This document shows, one piece after another, positions 54,854 through 64,000 of a stretch of DNA of 64,000 nucleotides; within the stretch, counting starts at the first letter, position 1, and each line of letters opens with the position of its first letter. The notes beneath the pieces are model-generated. The model was not told where the DNA came from, did no database searches, and saw nothing but the letters and a program-made list of their open reading frames with translations. This DNA comes from an uncultured cyanobacterium. Its GTDB lineage: Bacteria > Cyanobacteriota > Cyanobacteriia > Cyanobacteriales > CAWUOF01. Location of the stretch: positions 576,001-640,000 of the forward strand of contig CAVUSO010000001.1 in the NCBI GenBank assembly GCA_963744145.1, given 5' to 3'. Both the position numbers and the translations under genes were made by a program.

Positions 54854-55027
54854 GTTCGTTCCAGGATAATTGATGTTACTTGATTATAACTTTAAATTGT
54901 TAAAGTTACGATCAAATAACGTTACTTTCACCACTGTCAAGAGTATTGTTGCCATCCCTAGCTTTTCCCAACAGGCGATCGGTTAGGTCTGAGCATGGGA
55001 GCGACCTAGTATGAAACAGCCCTGTCT

Positions 55028-55116
55028 TAAAAAGGGGGAGCATGAATTAAAAGTCCCCCTTTTTAAGGGGGATTTAGGGGGATCTAGAACTATGCAACTT
55101 CACATTAAATTGGGAT
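55028..55116. repeat. cyanobacterial intergenic repeat remnant (CCCCCTTTTTAAGGGGGATTTAGGGGGATC)
   Basis: Palindromic G/C-tract repeat followed by a degenerate MITE-like end (TGCAACTTCAC..AATTGG). Confidence 0.55.
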
Positions 55117-55120
55117 CAGC

Positions 55121-56674
55121 TCAAATTTCTCCTAACATCCGCAGTCGAAAATTTAATAAATTTAGCACTTCTTGAAGCGCATCTTCCCAAAAAGGCTGAT
55201 CAGTTTTTAAAGAGATAAATTGCTCAGATATTTCTGCGATCGCTTCTAAATTTAGATGACAAGCAAATTGTTTCAAAGCTGATCTTAATTCCCAATCATA
55301 AGTATCTTTTTTGCCATTAATTATTCTGGCTTTAATGGTTTCAATCACAGCAATAGTTAATTTATGACTCCAAGGAAATCGATTTTGTGACAAAAGCGTC
55401 CATACTTTTTGTGATCCAGTTAAATCTTGCTGTGTTCTTTGTAATATATTAATTAGAAGATTGTCTCTCTGTTCAACATTTAAGACCGTTAATAATTTTG
55501 GCAATAGAGCTTCAGATAATAGATTGGGCCATAAATTTAATAAAGCTTCAGCCCAATCTTGATCCTGATGACGATCGGTTGCGATCGCCCATCCTTCAAT
55601 TAAAATAGAACTATAGTTATGATTAGCCACACTGGTAATAAAAAATTTAAGTGCATTTGGTTGAATATTCCATATTTTACTCCACCTTTTCGGTGGAATC
55701 ATGCCTAACATTTGCTGTAACCACCAAGCTCGATCGCTAATATGTCTAGGTGGAGTTGCTTCTATGCCATCATGAATCATATTTTTGTCACATATTTCTG
55801 GTAAAATGACATCTAGCTCGCTATTTTCAGATTTTAGGCTCAGTAAAGGTTGCACTCTTACCCACATCCTTTCACATAGTTGAGATTCAGGAAGTTTAGC
55901 TAATAAATCAGATGCAGTCCGTCTTACTTCTTTACGACGATCGCTTAATGCTGTTTCTAAAAATGGTTCATCTGCACTACTTAATCCGATCGCTAAACTT
56001 TCGATAAAAACGATCCGATCCTCAGAATTTTCTTTCTCCCAAGTTGATGCTAATAACTCACGAGCATAATTTGAATCTTGTGCCCGCAGTTTTTGTAACA
56101 TGGATCTTCTAGTTCCTTTAGTTCCGGTTTCCCAGATTGTTTGTGGATCAATTCCTTCATCATCTACCTGAACTCCATACACCCAATTTGGATTTTGTTC
56201 ACTTAACCATTTTCCGCGCTTACCTAATCCGGTCATAATATAGGGTTGTAACTTTTTATGTTGTCGTCCTAATTCTAATAATTCTGGTAAATATTGCTCT
56301 GGAACTCGTTTACCTGCTGTTGCTAATGCTGATAGCCATTCTATTAAAATTTCTAGTGGAGGAGTGTTATCTCTGTCTCCTCTTTTTAACATAAAAGCTA
56401 AATCATGAGCTGCACTTGGACTACAACATGGATGCTCATCTAAGGGACATGGTTCAGGTAGCTGCTGTTCAGTTTTATTTGGTAAAATACCCACAATTTG
56501 ATAAATCGCGATCGCACCAGCATGAGCAAGTAGATTACTTTCCGGATTACCCTGATCTAAACGGTGCAAAAATTCACCTAATTGATTATTTGGTAAATTC
56601 AGAGTTAAAGGTTGTCTTTGAGTTCCTACTAAAGCAGTAGTGATTACTTCTTGCCAAACTGAAATTTCATTCAT
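55121..56674 (-). CDS. DUF5691 domain helical protein
   Basis: ALVGT, LGKRGKWL..QNPNW, DEPFLETAL.DRRKEVR; follows SWIM gene. Confidence 0.8.
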   Translation of the reverse strand: MNEISVWQEVITTALVGTQRQPLTLNLPNNQLGEFLHRLDQGNPESNLLAHAGAIAIYQIVGILPNKTEQQLPEPCPLDEHPCCSPSAAHDLAFMLKRGDRDNTPPLEILIEWLSALATAGKRVPEQYLPELLELGRQHKKLQPYIMTGLGKRGKWLSEQNPNWVYGVQVDDEGIDPQTIWETGTKGTRRSMLQKLRAQDSNYARELLASTWEKENSEDRIVFIESLAIGLSSADEPFLETALSDRRKEVRRTASDLLAKLPESQLCERMWVRVQPLLSLKSENSELDVILPEICDKNMIHDGIEATPPRHISDRAWWLQQMLGMIPPKRWSKIWNIQPNALKFFITSVANHNYSSILIEGWAIATDRHQDQDWAEALLNLWPNLLSEALLPKLLTVLNVEQRDNLLINILQRTQQDLTGSQKVWTLLSQNRFPWSHKLTIAVIETIKARIINGKKDTYDWELRSALKQFACHLNLEAIAEISEQFISLKTDQPFWEDALQEVLNLLNFRLRMLGEI

Positions 56675-56699
56675 AGGTTTAATTATTAAAAAAATATTG

Positions 56700-58031
56700 C
56701 TAAAATTGATAAAGGGTGCCATTTACCCAAGCAGATAACGGTAAGAAAAACTCACCATTCCATTCACCAAATAATCCCATAGGATGACCACCACTTAGAG
56801 CTAGTAAATGCCATCCTTGCTCAAAATTTCTTGAGATTGGTAAAATATATTGAGATTGATCAGCGATCGCCCAACTATTTTTATCGAATATCGGAATAAC
56901 AGCAGTTAATGGAACTGGAAATATTTCGAGCCAAGGATAGAGTGCGATCGCGTTTGTATAAGCTGTATTCATGGCGACAATATTACTATATCCTAGCATA
57001 TTTTTAAACTCAACCATCCCATGACGAACTTTCACTAATGCTCTTAAGGAATAAGCACTGGGAAAAAATACTAATTCAGCATCGATACAAGTACCTACAG
57101 TTAAACTTAGATCTAATGCTTGATTCCCGTAGGTGAAATTTAGAATTAAGGCTGATTTACCACTTTCTTCTCCCCATAACCAAATTCGTTGTACTTTTAG
57201 CTTATCTTCTTGCTCAATTCGTTGTCCTAACACTAACCAGCGATCGCGAATTCCCTTTTCTATTAAAACTTCTTCCTGATTTATCGTCCAACCAATTAAG
57301 CTGCGAATATCTGCAACTGTAGTTAAGGGTAGCTTTTCTAACTGTTGATATCCTGTAATTAATAAATGTAACCGTCCGAGTTTTGTTAATAATTTTTCTG
57401 CCCAATTATCCAGGGAAGTAGGAATACTACCCAATTCGCGGACTAATCGGGCTAAACCAGGTGCTTGAGCATCTACCATTCTCGCTGCGGTTCCATCCCA
57501 AAAACTATAGGGTTGTTCTTTTGCTGTTGCTAATCCTTGACGAATTAAATCTTGGACCCAATAAGTCAATTCTTCAACTCCAGCAGCAACTTTTTCATCC
57601 CTTTGTGCTGCTGTTTTCGCTTGTTTAGCACTTCGTTTCGCTGCTGTTGCTGGATCAAGTGGTGTTTCTGACTTAGATTCAGTTTTTTTTGTCTGCTTTT
57701 GTAACCGCAAATTCATCCATTCTGATACCCAATCTGGTGGTGAAGTTTGGGTAAAAGCCGATGCTTGGTTATTATATAAAAGAAAAAGCCCTAAAGAATG
57801 CTTACAGGGAAATTTGCGACTAGGACAACTACATTTGAATGCTAATTCATTTAAGTCTATCTGCGTTTGGTATGGTTTGCTCCCACTACCTTTGCATTCT
57901 CCCCATAGCGCTGCTTGATTAGAACCTAGGGTCACCCAATGACCGACAACAGCTAATTCCTTGCCCTTTTTAGCTGAACTCGGGTCAGGTGCCATTGCTA
58001 AAATTTGTTCACTTGTCCAGGTTGGAAACAT
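56700..58031 (-). CDS. SWIM zinc finger protein (YehQ-like)
   Basis: WGECKGSG..PY, CSCPSRKFPCKH, RMVDAQAPGLA. Confidence 0.88.
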   Translation of the reverse strand: MFPTWTSEQILAMAPDPSSAKKGKELAVVGHWVTLGSNQAALWGECKGSGSKPYQTQIDLNELAFKCSCPSRKFPCKHSLGLFLLYNNQASAFTQTSPPDWVSEWMNLRLQKQTKKTESKSETPLDPATAAKRSAKQAKTAAQRDEKVAAGVEELTYWVQDLIRQGLATAKEQPYSFWDGTAARMVDAQAPGLARLVRELGSIPTSLDNWAEKLLTKLGRLHLLITGYQQLEKLPLTTVADIRSLIGWTINQEEVLIEKGIRDRWLVLGQRIEQEDKLKVQRIWLWGEESGKSALILNFTYGNQALDLSLTVGTCIDAELVFFPSAYSLRALVKVRHGMVEFKNMLGYSNIVAMNTAYTNAIALYPWLEIFPVPLTAVIPIFDKNSWAIADQSQYILPISRNFEQGWHLLALSGGHPMGLFGEWNGEFFLPLSAWVNGTLYQF

Positions 58032-58149
58032 CCGACATTTTCTCCCTTAGACTGATTTGATTAAATAACTTTAAACCACCATTTGCTGCTAAAGCCATTA
58101 GCTTGATGATCCAAGTACCCAGTAAGTTATTGTCCTGATACCAGTTCCG

Positions 58150-61100
58150 TTATTTAGTATGATTCTTTCCAGTGCCGATATCGTCGCAAAGATGCCTATC
58201 ACGCTCACTAGCATCAGAATCTGGATTGTGCAAATAAGGGTATAGCCAATTGCAACCCATTTCCAGGAGATGGTTTAAATCAAAATCTAAATTCCACAAG
58301 ATGATAGTTGTGTCACTACTACCAGAAGCTAAGGTTTTCCCATCAGGACTAAAACTTACACTATTGACCTTATCATAATGGCCAGAGAAAGTAATAAGTT
58401 CTTTTCCTGTACTTGTATTCCAGAGTTTTATGGTTTTGTCTAAACTACCAGTAGCCAAGATTTTTCCATCGGGGCTGAAACTTACGCTCCCAGCCGTATC
58501 GTCATGACCAGAGAGAGTGCGAATTTCTTTTCCTATCCTCACATCCCATAATTTTATAATACCGCCAAAACTACTGGTAGCCAAGGTTTTCCCATCGGGG
58601 CTGAAACTTATGCTATTGACCGGATTATTATGGCCAGAGAGAGTGAGCAATTCCTTTCCTGTCCTCACATCCCAGAGTTTGATGGTCTTGTCAACACTAC
58701 CGGAGGCCAATATTGTCCCCTCGGGGTTGAAACTTACACTCAAGACTTCAGCCCTATGACCAGAAAGAGTGGAAAGTTCCTTTCCTGTCCTCACATCCCA
58801 GAGTTTAATGGTCTTGTCTAAACTACCGGAGACCAAGGTTTTCCCATCAGGGCTGAAATTTATGCTCATGATCCCATTACCATGACCAGGGAGAGTGAGA
58901 AGTTCCTTTCCTGTCTTCACATCCCAGAGTTTGATAGTCTTGTCCCCACTACCGGAGGCCAAGGTTTTCCCATCGGGGCTGAAACTTATGCTATAGACCG
59001 GATTACTATGGCCAGAGAGCGTGAGCAGCTCCTTTTTTGTCCTCACATCCCAGAGTTTGATAGTCTTGTCTAAACTACCGGAGGCCAAGGTTTTCCCATC
59101 GGGGCTGAAACTTACGCTCCAGACTACATCATTATGACCAAAGAGAGTGGGAAGTTCCTTTCCTATCCTCACATCCCAGAGTTTGATGGTATCGTCTAAA
59201 CTACCGGAGGCCAAGGTTTTCCCATCGGGGCTGAAATTTACGCTCCAAACCCGATTATTATGACCAGAGAGAGTGAGAAGTTCCTGTCCCGTACCCACAT
59301 CCCAAAGTTTGATAGTCTTGTCCCCACTACCGGAGGCCAAGGTTTTCCCATCGGGGCTGAAATTTACGCTATTGACCGGATTATCATGACCAGAGAGAAT
59401 GAGAAGTTCCTTTCCTGTCCTCACATCCCAGAGTTTAATGGTCTTGTCATCGCTACCGGAGGCCAAGGTTTTCCCATCAGAGCTGAAACTGACACTCCCG
59501 ACCGCAGCACTATGGCCAGAGAGAGTGCGAAGTTCCTGTCCCGTACTCACATCCCAGAGTTTGATGGTCTTATCCTCACTACCAGATGCCAAGGTTTTCC
59601 CATCGGAGCTGAAACTTACGCTCCAGACTCCATTACTATGACCAGAGAGAGTGCGAAGTTCCTTTCCTGTCCTCACATCCCAGAGTTTAATGGTCTCGTC
59701 CTTACTACTGGTAGCTAAGATGTTCCCGTCGGGGCTAAAACTTACACTCTCCACCTTTGCTCTATGACCAGAGAGAGTAAGAAGTTCCTTTCCTGTCCTC
59801 ACATCCCAGAGTTTGATGGTCTTGTCCTCACTACCAGATGCCAAGGTCTTTCCATCAGGGCTGAAACTTACGCTCCAAACTTGATTATTATGACCAGAGA
59901 AAGTAAGAAGTTCCTTTCCTGTCCTCACATCCCAGAGTTTGATGGTATTGTCTTTACTACCGCTAGCCAAGGTGTTCCCATCGGGACTAAAACTTACGCT
60001 TCTCACATAATCACTATGCTTTACTAAACGGTTGTGTTCCGTAACATCAAAAATTGATTTTTGTAAAACTTTTGTCACTATTGAGTAAGGTTCTATCACT
60101 GCTGGGTCGTTCTTTTCTTCTTTCTTCAAGCTATTTCCCACAGTAATTGCGGAAATTAAAGCATCAAATATTTGACCATTATTCAGTAGTGATAAAGATT
60201 CTTGCCCTTGAGCTTTTATTAAATTAATGTTAGCTTTTTTCCTCTCTTGTAAAGCGTCGATGGTAGCCCCAATTGCGACGATCGCTACTACTGTCATTAC
60301 CCCTAGCAGTGAACGTAACATTACCACTCGCTGTTTTTCCTGTTTAGCAACAGCATTAATCCCATTGCGGCTAGAATTAATAAACTTAGTTTGCAGTTCC
60401 GTGACGTAGGGTTGCTTTTTGCCTTGATTTGCTTGTTTGAACCAGTCGTCTGCGATCGCAAATTCACTTCCATGCAGTAATAAATCACTATTATGATTCT
60501 CGCTTTCCCATTCAATTGCTCGACGCAACCATTTAGTATGACTATGAATATATTCTCTGTCTGTATCTAGGGTTCTGATCAATTGATTCAGATGATCATA
60601 AAAATCCCCTACCCTTTGTCGAAAATCAATCCACTGGATCTTGGCTAAGGCTGGATGTAAATCAGCAGTATTTATCTCTTGATGCAAGATCGTAATAAAG
60701 CGTTTGTTAAGTTTAGCTGCATATTCCACTTCATCCGCACAGTAGGGAGAATTAATTGAACGTGGTGACAGAATAAATAAAAAGTTGTCCGCACTCTCAA
60801 TTCCCAGATAAATCTCTTTCTGAAAATCAGCTCCTGATGCAATACTCTCCTGGTCAAACCAAGTTGTTTTTCCGCGCATATGCAATTCATCATTTAATGA
60901 ACGGGCTAGATCCGAATCAGATCTGGAGTAGGAGATAAATACATCTAGGGATGCGGCTGGTGGTTGGCGCAAACTTTCCCTAATAAACTCTTGCTGTAAT
61001 GGTGTAGGCTGATATTGGGTTTTCTGTTCCGCCCTCTTCAACCACACTTCTGCATGGCGTAAATTGTAGCCCTGTAGTAAAATAATCGGGTTGCGGTGCT

Positions 61101-62442
61101 GTTGTTCCCATTTGATCGCTTTGCTTAACAGCATTTTATGCTCTTCGTAATAGCTCTCCTCTTCCCGTAAAACCTTGAGCAAATCATCCAAATCCCGACG
61201 TAAATCTACCTCCGTTTGATTGTCAGTAAAGTCGATAAATTGTAATCCTCGGATGATGGGCGGAATTTCCGCCAAGTCGGTGGTTCGGATTAACAGGGGA
61301 ATAATCCGTTTATTCAGACTGAGGGCATAGTTAATCTCTTGCTGGCAATAATACGATGTCAGTGCATCGGATGAGATTAAATAGACAATGTTATCCGCTT
61401 GTTCAATTCCCCGATTGATTGCCTCCTCAAATACCTCCCCTGTTTTAATGTCTGTCTTATTTGTCCAAATTGTGATTCCTTCTCGCAACAAGATCTCGCG
61501 AATTTGGTGCATCCTAGCAATATCTACGTCCGAATAGGAGATAAACACCTGGGTCATTAAGTTATTCGCATTCTTGATGCTCTCGCACACTAACTCACAG
61601 TGCAGCAATGTTGGTTCACAGGGTGGTTGTTCTTCCTGAAACCGATATTTTAGCCATGCTTCTCCTGCTTCCCGTTCTTCTCCAATCAATAAATACCGAG
61701 TTTGTTTCTGCTGCTGTTCCCATTCGATCGCTCGATTTAAGAAAAATGTATGCTGGTGTACATAATCCTGATGACGATGAAATATGTCTATTAATCCGCT
61801 AAATCCTTTCTCAAAATCATCAATCTCTTCCTGAACATAGATCCAGTTGATTTTGCTAATCATGGGAGGCATATTCGGGAAACTGGAATGTAATCCCTGT
61901 TTTTGATAGCTCTCCCATTCTGACTCTGACTTGCTAGGATGACGCTGTTGCCAAGTCTCCTGGCTAATTTCTCCAACGTGCAGCAGTGGAATAATTCGTT
62001 TTTTAAGTTTGATGGCTAGTTCAATTTCTTTGCGACAATAGGGAGAGTTAATGGAATGAGGCGAAATTAGAAACAGAAAATTATCAGCTTTGGTGATCCC
62101 ATCATCAATTTGATTTTGATAATCAACCCCCAAGGGAATATCATTAAAATCAAACCACACTTTAAACCCATTATTATGTAGTCGTTCTTGCAGTTTGGCA
62201 GCAAAGGCTTTACTATCAGCTCGACCATAGGAAATAAAGGCATCGTAAAGATTGGTGTTGATGTTTCGACTCCCTTCGACTACCCCTTCGACTACGCTCA
62301 GGGCAAGGCTCAGGGCACGCTCAGGGCAAGGATCAGTGTCAAGATCAGTGTCAAGATCAGGGCAAGGCGTGCCCTGAGGGGAATCGAAAGGCACAGTTGA
62401 AACATCGTTACTTGGGAATTTAGAAATATCCATAGTATCCAT
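58150..62442 (-). CDS. triple TIR domain + TM + 14 WD40 repeat protein
   Basis: DAFISY, QVFISY and DVFISY TIR starts with CxxE motifs; hydrophobic segment LLGVMTVVAIVAIGA; 14 GH..WD repeats; ATG at 62442 preferred over GTG at 62607. Confidence 0.9.
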   Translation of the reverse strand: MDTMDISKFPSNDVSTVPFDSPQGTPCPDLDTDLDTDPCPERALSLALSVVEGVVEGSRNINTNLYDAFISYGRADSKAFAAKLQERLHNNGFKVWFDFNDIPLGVDYQNQIDDGITKADNFLFLISPHSINSPYCRKEIELAIKLKKRIIPLLHVGEISQETWQQRHPSKSESEWESYQKQGLHSSFPNMPPMISKINWIYVQEEIDDFEKGFSGLIDIFHRHQDYVHQHTFFLNRAIEWEQQQKQTRYLLIGEEREAGEAWLKYRFQEEQPPCEPTLLHCELVCESIKNANNLMTQVFISYSDVDIARMHQIREILLREGITIWTNKTDIKTGEVFEEAINRGIEQADNIVYLISSDALTSYYCQQEINYALSLNKRIIPLLIRTTDLAEIPPIIRGLQFIDFTDNQTEVDLRRDLDDLLKVLREEESYYEEHKMLLSKAIKWEQQHRNPIILLQGYNLRHAEVWLKRAEQKTQYQPTPLQQEFIRESLRQPPAASLDVFISYSRSDSDLARSLNDELHMRGKTTWFDQESIASGADFQKEIYLGIESADNFLFILSPRSINSPYCADEVEYAAKLNKRFITILHQEINTADLHPALAKIQWIDFRQRVGDFYDHLNQLIRTLDTDREYIHSHTKWLRRAIEWESENHNSDLLLHGSEFAIADDWFKQANQGKKQPYVTELQTKFINSSRNGINAVAKQEKQRVVMLRSLLGVMTVVAIVAIGATIDALQERKKANINLIKAQGQESLSLLNNGQIFDALISAITVGNSLKKEEKNDPAVIEPYSIVTKVLQKSIFDVTEHNRLVKHSDYVRSVSFSPDGNTLASGSKDNTIKLWDVRTGKELLTFSGHNNQVWSVSFSPDGKTLASGSEDKTIKLWDVRTGKELLTLSGHRAKVESVSFSPDGNILATSSKDETIKLWDVRTGKELRTLSGHSNGVWSVSFSSDGKTLASGSEDKTIKLWDVSTGQELRTLSGHSAAVGSVSFSSDGKTLASGSDDKTIKLWDVRTGKELLILSGHDNPVNSVNFSPDGKTLASGSGDKTIKLWDVGTGQELLTLSGHNNRVWSVNFSPDGKTLASGSLDDTIKLWDVRIGKELPTLFGHNDVVWSVSFSPDGKTLASGSLDKTIKLWDVRTKKELLTLSGHSNPVYSISFSPDGKTLASGSGDKTIKLWDVKTGKELLTLPGHGNGIMSINFSPDGKTLVSGSLDKTIKLWDVRTGKELSTLSGHRAEVLSVSFNPEGTILASGSVDKTIKLWDVRTGKELLTLSGHNNPVNSISFSPDGKTLATSSFGGIIKLWDVRIGKEIRTLSGHDDTAGSVSFSPDGKILATGSLDKTIKLWNTSTGKELITFSGHYDKVNSVSFSPDGKTLASGSSDTTIILWNLDFDLNHLLEMGCNWLYPYLHNPDSDASERDRHLCDDIGTGKNHTK
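58270..60020 (-). repeat. 14 tandem 126-bp WD40-coding repeats
   Basis: CACATCCCAGAGTTT recurs every 126 bp. Confidence 0.92.
62263..62395. repeat. REP-like repeat cluster (CTTCGACTACGCTCAGGGCAAG variants) in frame in the TIR gene
   Basis: CCCTTCGACTAC x2, GCTCAGGGCA x3, GATCAGTGTCAA x2, inverted TGCCCTGAG..TCGAA. Confidence 0.7.
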
Positions 62443-62614
62443 GATAATTTTAAAAATGATATGAGGATTTATTTTAGAATAACTTATTAATTTACCAACC
62501 GAGTAAAAATTAGTAAAATATTGCGATCGCCAATCAAAGATTCGCACTAATGGACATATCCAAGATCTGGAAAAGAGGTGAGCTATACCTATTCTAAAGT
62601 TCACCACTGACTCA

Positions 62615-64000
62615 TTATTGCCAATTGCCAGCTAAAACAAAGGCTGACCACTTCGCTGGATGACGACTGTTAGAATTAGCAATTATCTTCAGTTGTGCTT
62701 GTCGCAATGCTTCGGCTTTGGTAATTCCTGGTTGTCGTAGCATCTGGTAAAAGTTTGTCATTAATGGCACTGTATCGGCATCATTTACATACCAAAGACT
62801 GGCAAGAGTAGTTTGTACGCCCGCTCGCAAAGCGATCCCAGCAATACCAAGGGTAGAGCGATCGTTTCCCGCAGCAGTTTGACAGGCACTTAAGGTTAAT
62901 AAGTCTATCGGTTGTTTGCTCTGACGTAGGATATTTTCAAAGTCATTTAGGAATAATCTTTGGTCAAATATTTGCAAAAAGGTATCATTAGCATCTGCGC
63001 CAAATTTGCCGTGAGTTGCTATGTGAATGATGGCATAATTGTCGCTATAGATTTGCTTTTGTAAATTGGCTAAAGTGAAGTCTTTATCCAAAAATATATC
63101 TCCCCCAATAATCTTCTGAATGCCCTTAGTTTCGTCCAAAACATTAGGTAATGCAGAAAAAGGAGGCTTGGCCACGCTTAAACCAAAAATGAGGGCTTTC
63201 GCGTTGGCTAAAGTTGGTTTTTTCCTAGTAGTTAAGTTTAATCCTAGTGTTGTGGTTATGGCATATTTTTCTATCAAAAATTGTTTGCCATCGTACAAAG
63301 CTGCCATTGGTACTTTTCTTAATGATCCATCATTAATAAACAGCAAAGTCCTGGGTTTAGCTTTTTCTAAATCTGTTACCATTGGTTTAATTATCCAGTC
63401 ATAAACCTTCTGACTTTCTGTGAGATACGCATCACTAGATATATCTTCTAAGGTAACCCGGAGTTGGTCAATTTGTTCTTCAATTTCCTGACGCGATCGC
63501 TGAACTGGATATTGTTTAAGGGAACCATCTGGTAAATGTAAGATCAGGTAAGTGCGATCGCCTAAAATAATTGAGTTGATTACAGCAGTATTAGTTTTTG
63601 CCAGTTCGCTATTCGGGTTGATGCGATCGCGAGCTATTTCTACACATTCGTCACCAAAAAAGTTCTGGATTTCATTCAATTGCAACGATTCTAAAACCTG
63701 AAGCGCTTCTTCTATTTTCGGTTGAGAATTACTGGATTGGCTTTGACTAAGCAATAAATCAATCTGTTCCCGATAGACTGATTCCACTGAATCACGCAAC
63801 TCAAATTGTAAGTCTTTACTAGCAGCAACCACATCCCTCCGAATATTCTGGAGTGTGGCGATCGCTTCTTCATAAGATAAAACTGCTAATTCAGTTTGTC
63901 CGTTAGCTTTATAAATACGTCCTATTTGGGCTTGCCAGCGATAAAGACTATCTCCGGCATTAGCTTGTTGAGCAGATAATATAGCTTGTTGAGTTAGTTG
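62615..64000 (-). CDS. TPR + CHAT domain (caspase-like) protein (5' partial)
   Basis: Frame open to window end; HIATHG and LSACQT catalytic motifs, ASLWYV, HPAKWSAF. Confidence 0.93.
   Translation of the reverse strand, partial: QLTQQAILSAQQANAGDSLYRWQAQIGRIYKANGQTELAVLSYEEAIATLQNIRRDVVAASKDLQFELRDSVESVYREQIDLLLSQSQSSNSQPKIEEALQVLESLQLNEIQNFFGDECVEIARDRINPNSELAKTNTAVINSIILGDRTYLILHLPDGSLKQYPVQRSRQEIEEQIDQLRVTLEDISSDAYLTESQKVYDWIIKPMVTDLEKAKPRTLLFINDGSLRKVPMAALYDGKQFLIEKYAITTTLGLNLTTRKKPTLANAKALIFGLSVAKPPFSALPNVLDETKGIQKIIGGDIFLDKDFTLANLQKQIYSDNYAIIHIATHGKFGADANDTFLQIFDQRLFLNDFENILRQSKQPIDLLTLSACQTAAGNDRSTLGIAGIALRAGVQTTLASLWYVNDADTVPLMTNFYQMLRQPGITKAEALRQAQLKIIANSNSRHPAKWSAFVLAGNWQ

Noticed and set aside
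58270-60020. Regularly spaced repeats resembling a CRISPR array
   Set aside because: The period is 126 bp (42 codons) and in frame, encoding WD40 blades; there are no unique spacers or cas genes
58517-62400. Many short plus-strand and alternative-frame ORFs within the TIR-WD40 gene
   Set aside because: Shadow ORFs produced by the repetitive coding sequence

Overview
Chromosomal window from a cyanobacterium (abundant HIP1 GCGATCGC sites, cyanobacterial atp1-atpB-atpE-b'-atpF-atpH-atpA-atpG operon). Housekeeping or conserved genes include the ATP synthase operon, pheS, fabG, a thioredoxin, a ferredoxin-DUF3326-CPBP cluster, a PAS/GAF-GGDEF-EAL protein and an ABC transporter. The main find is an ~11.3 kb, HIP1-poor island (6484-17763) bracketed by a 128-bp, ~95% identical direct repeat of the 3' end of a Ser/Thr kinase-GUN4 gene. 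It carries a tight operon of a glutamine-synthetase-like gamma-glutamyl ligase, a P450 lacking the I-helix Thr, a group II PLP decarboxylase and a MATE exporter. It also carries a flavin-dependent halogenase with an internal 38-aa duplication of its catalytic-Lys segment and an APC permease. This is a candidate NRPS/PKS-free pathway for a halogenated, gamma-glutamylated amine that I do not recognise as described. Also notable: a rearranged kdpB-kdpF-sORF-kdpA-kdpC operon with an unannotated 27-aa peptide, a triple-TIR/TM/14xWD40 receptor-like protein next to a CHAT protease, several MITEs, an IS1 remnant, HIP1-bounded gene debris and three single-base frameshifts. No rRNA, tRNA or CRISPR array was seen. 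All family calls come from motif recognition by eye; no searches were run.
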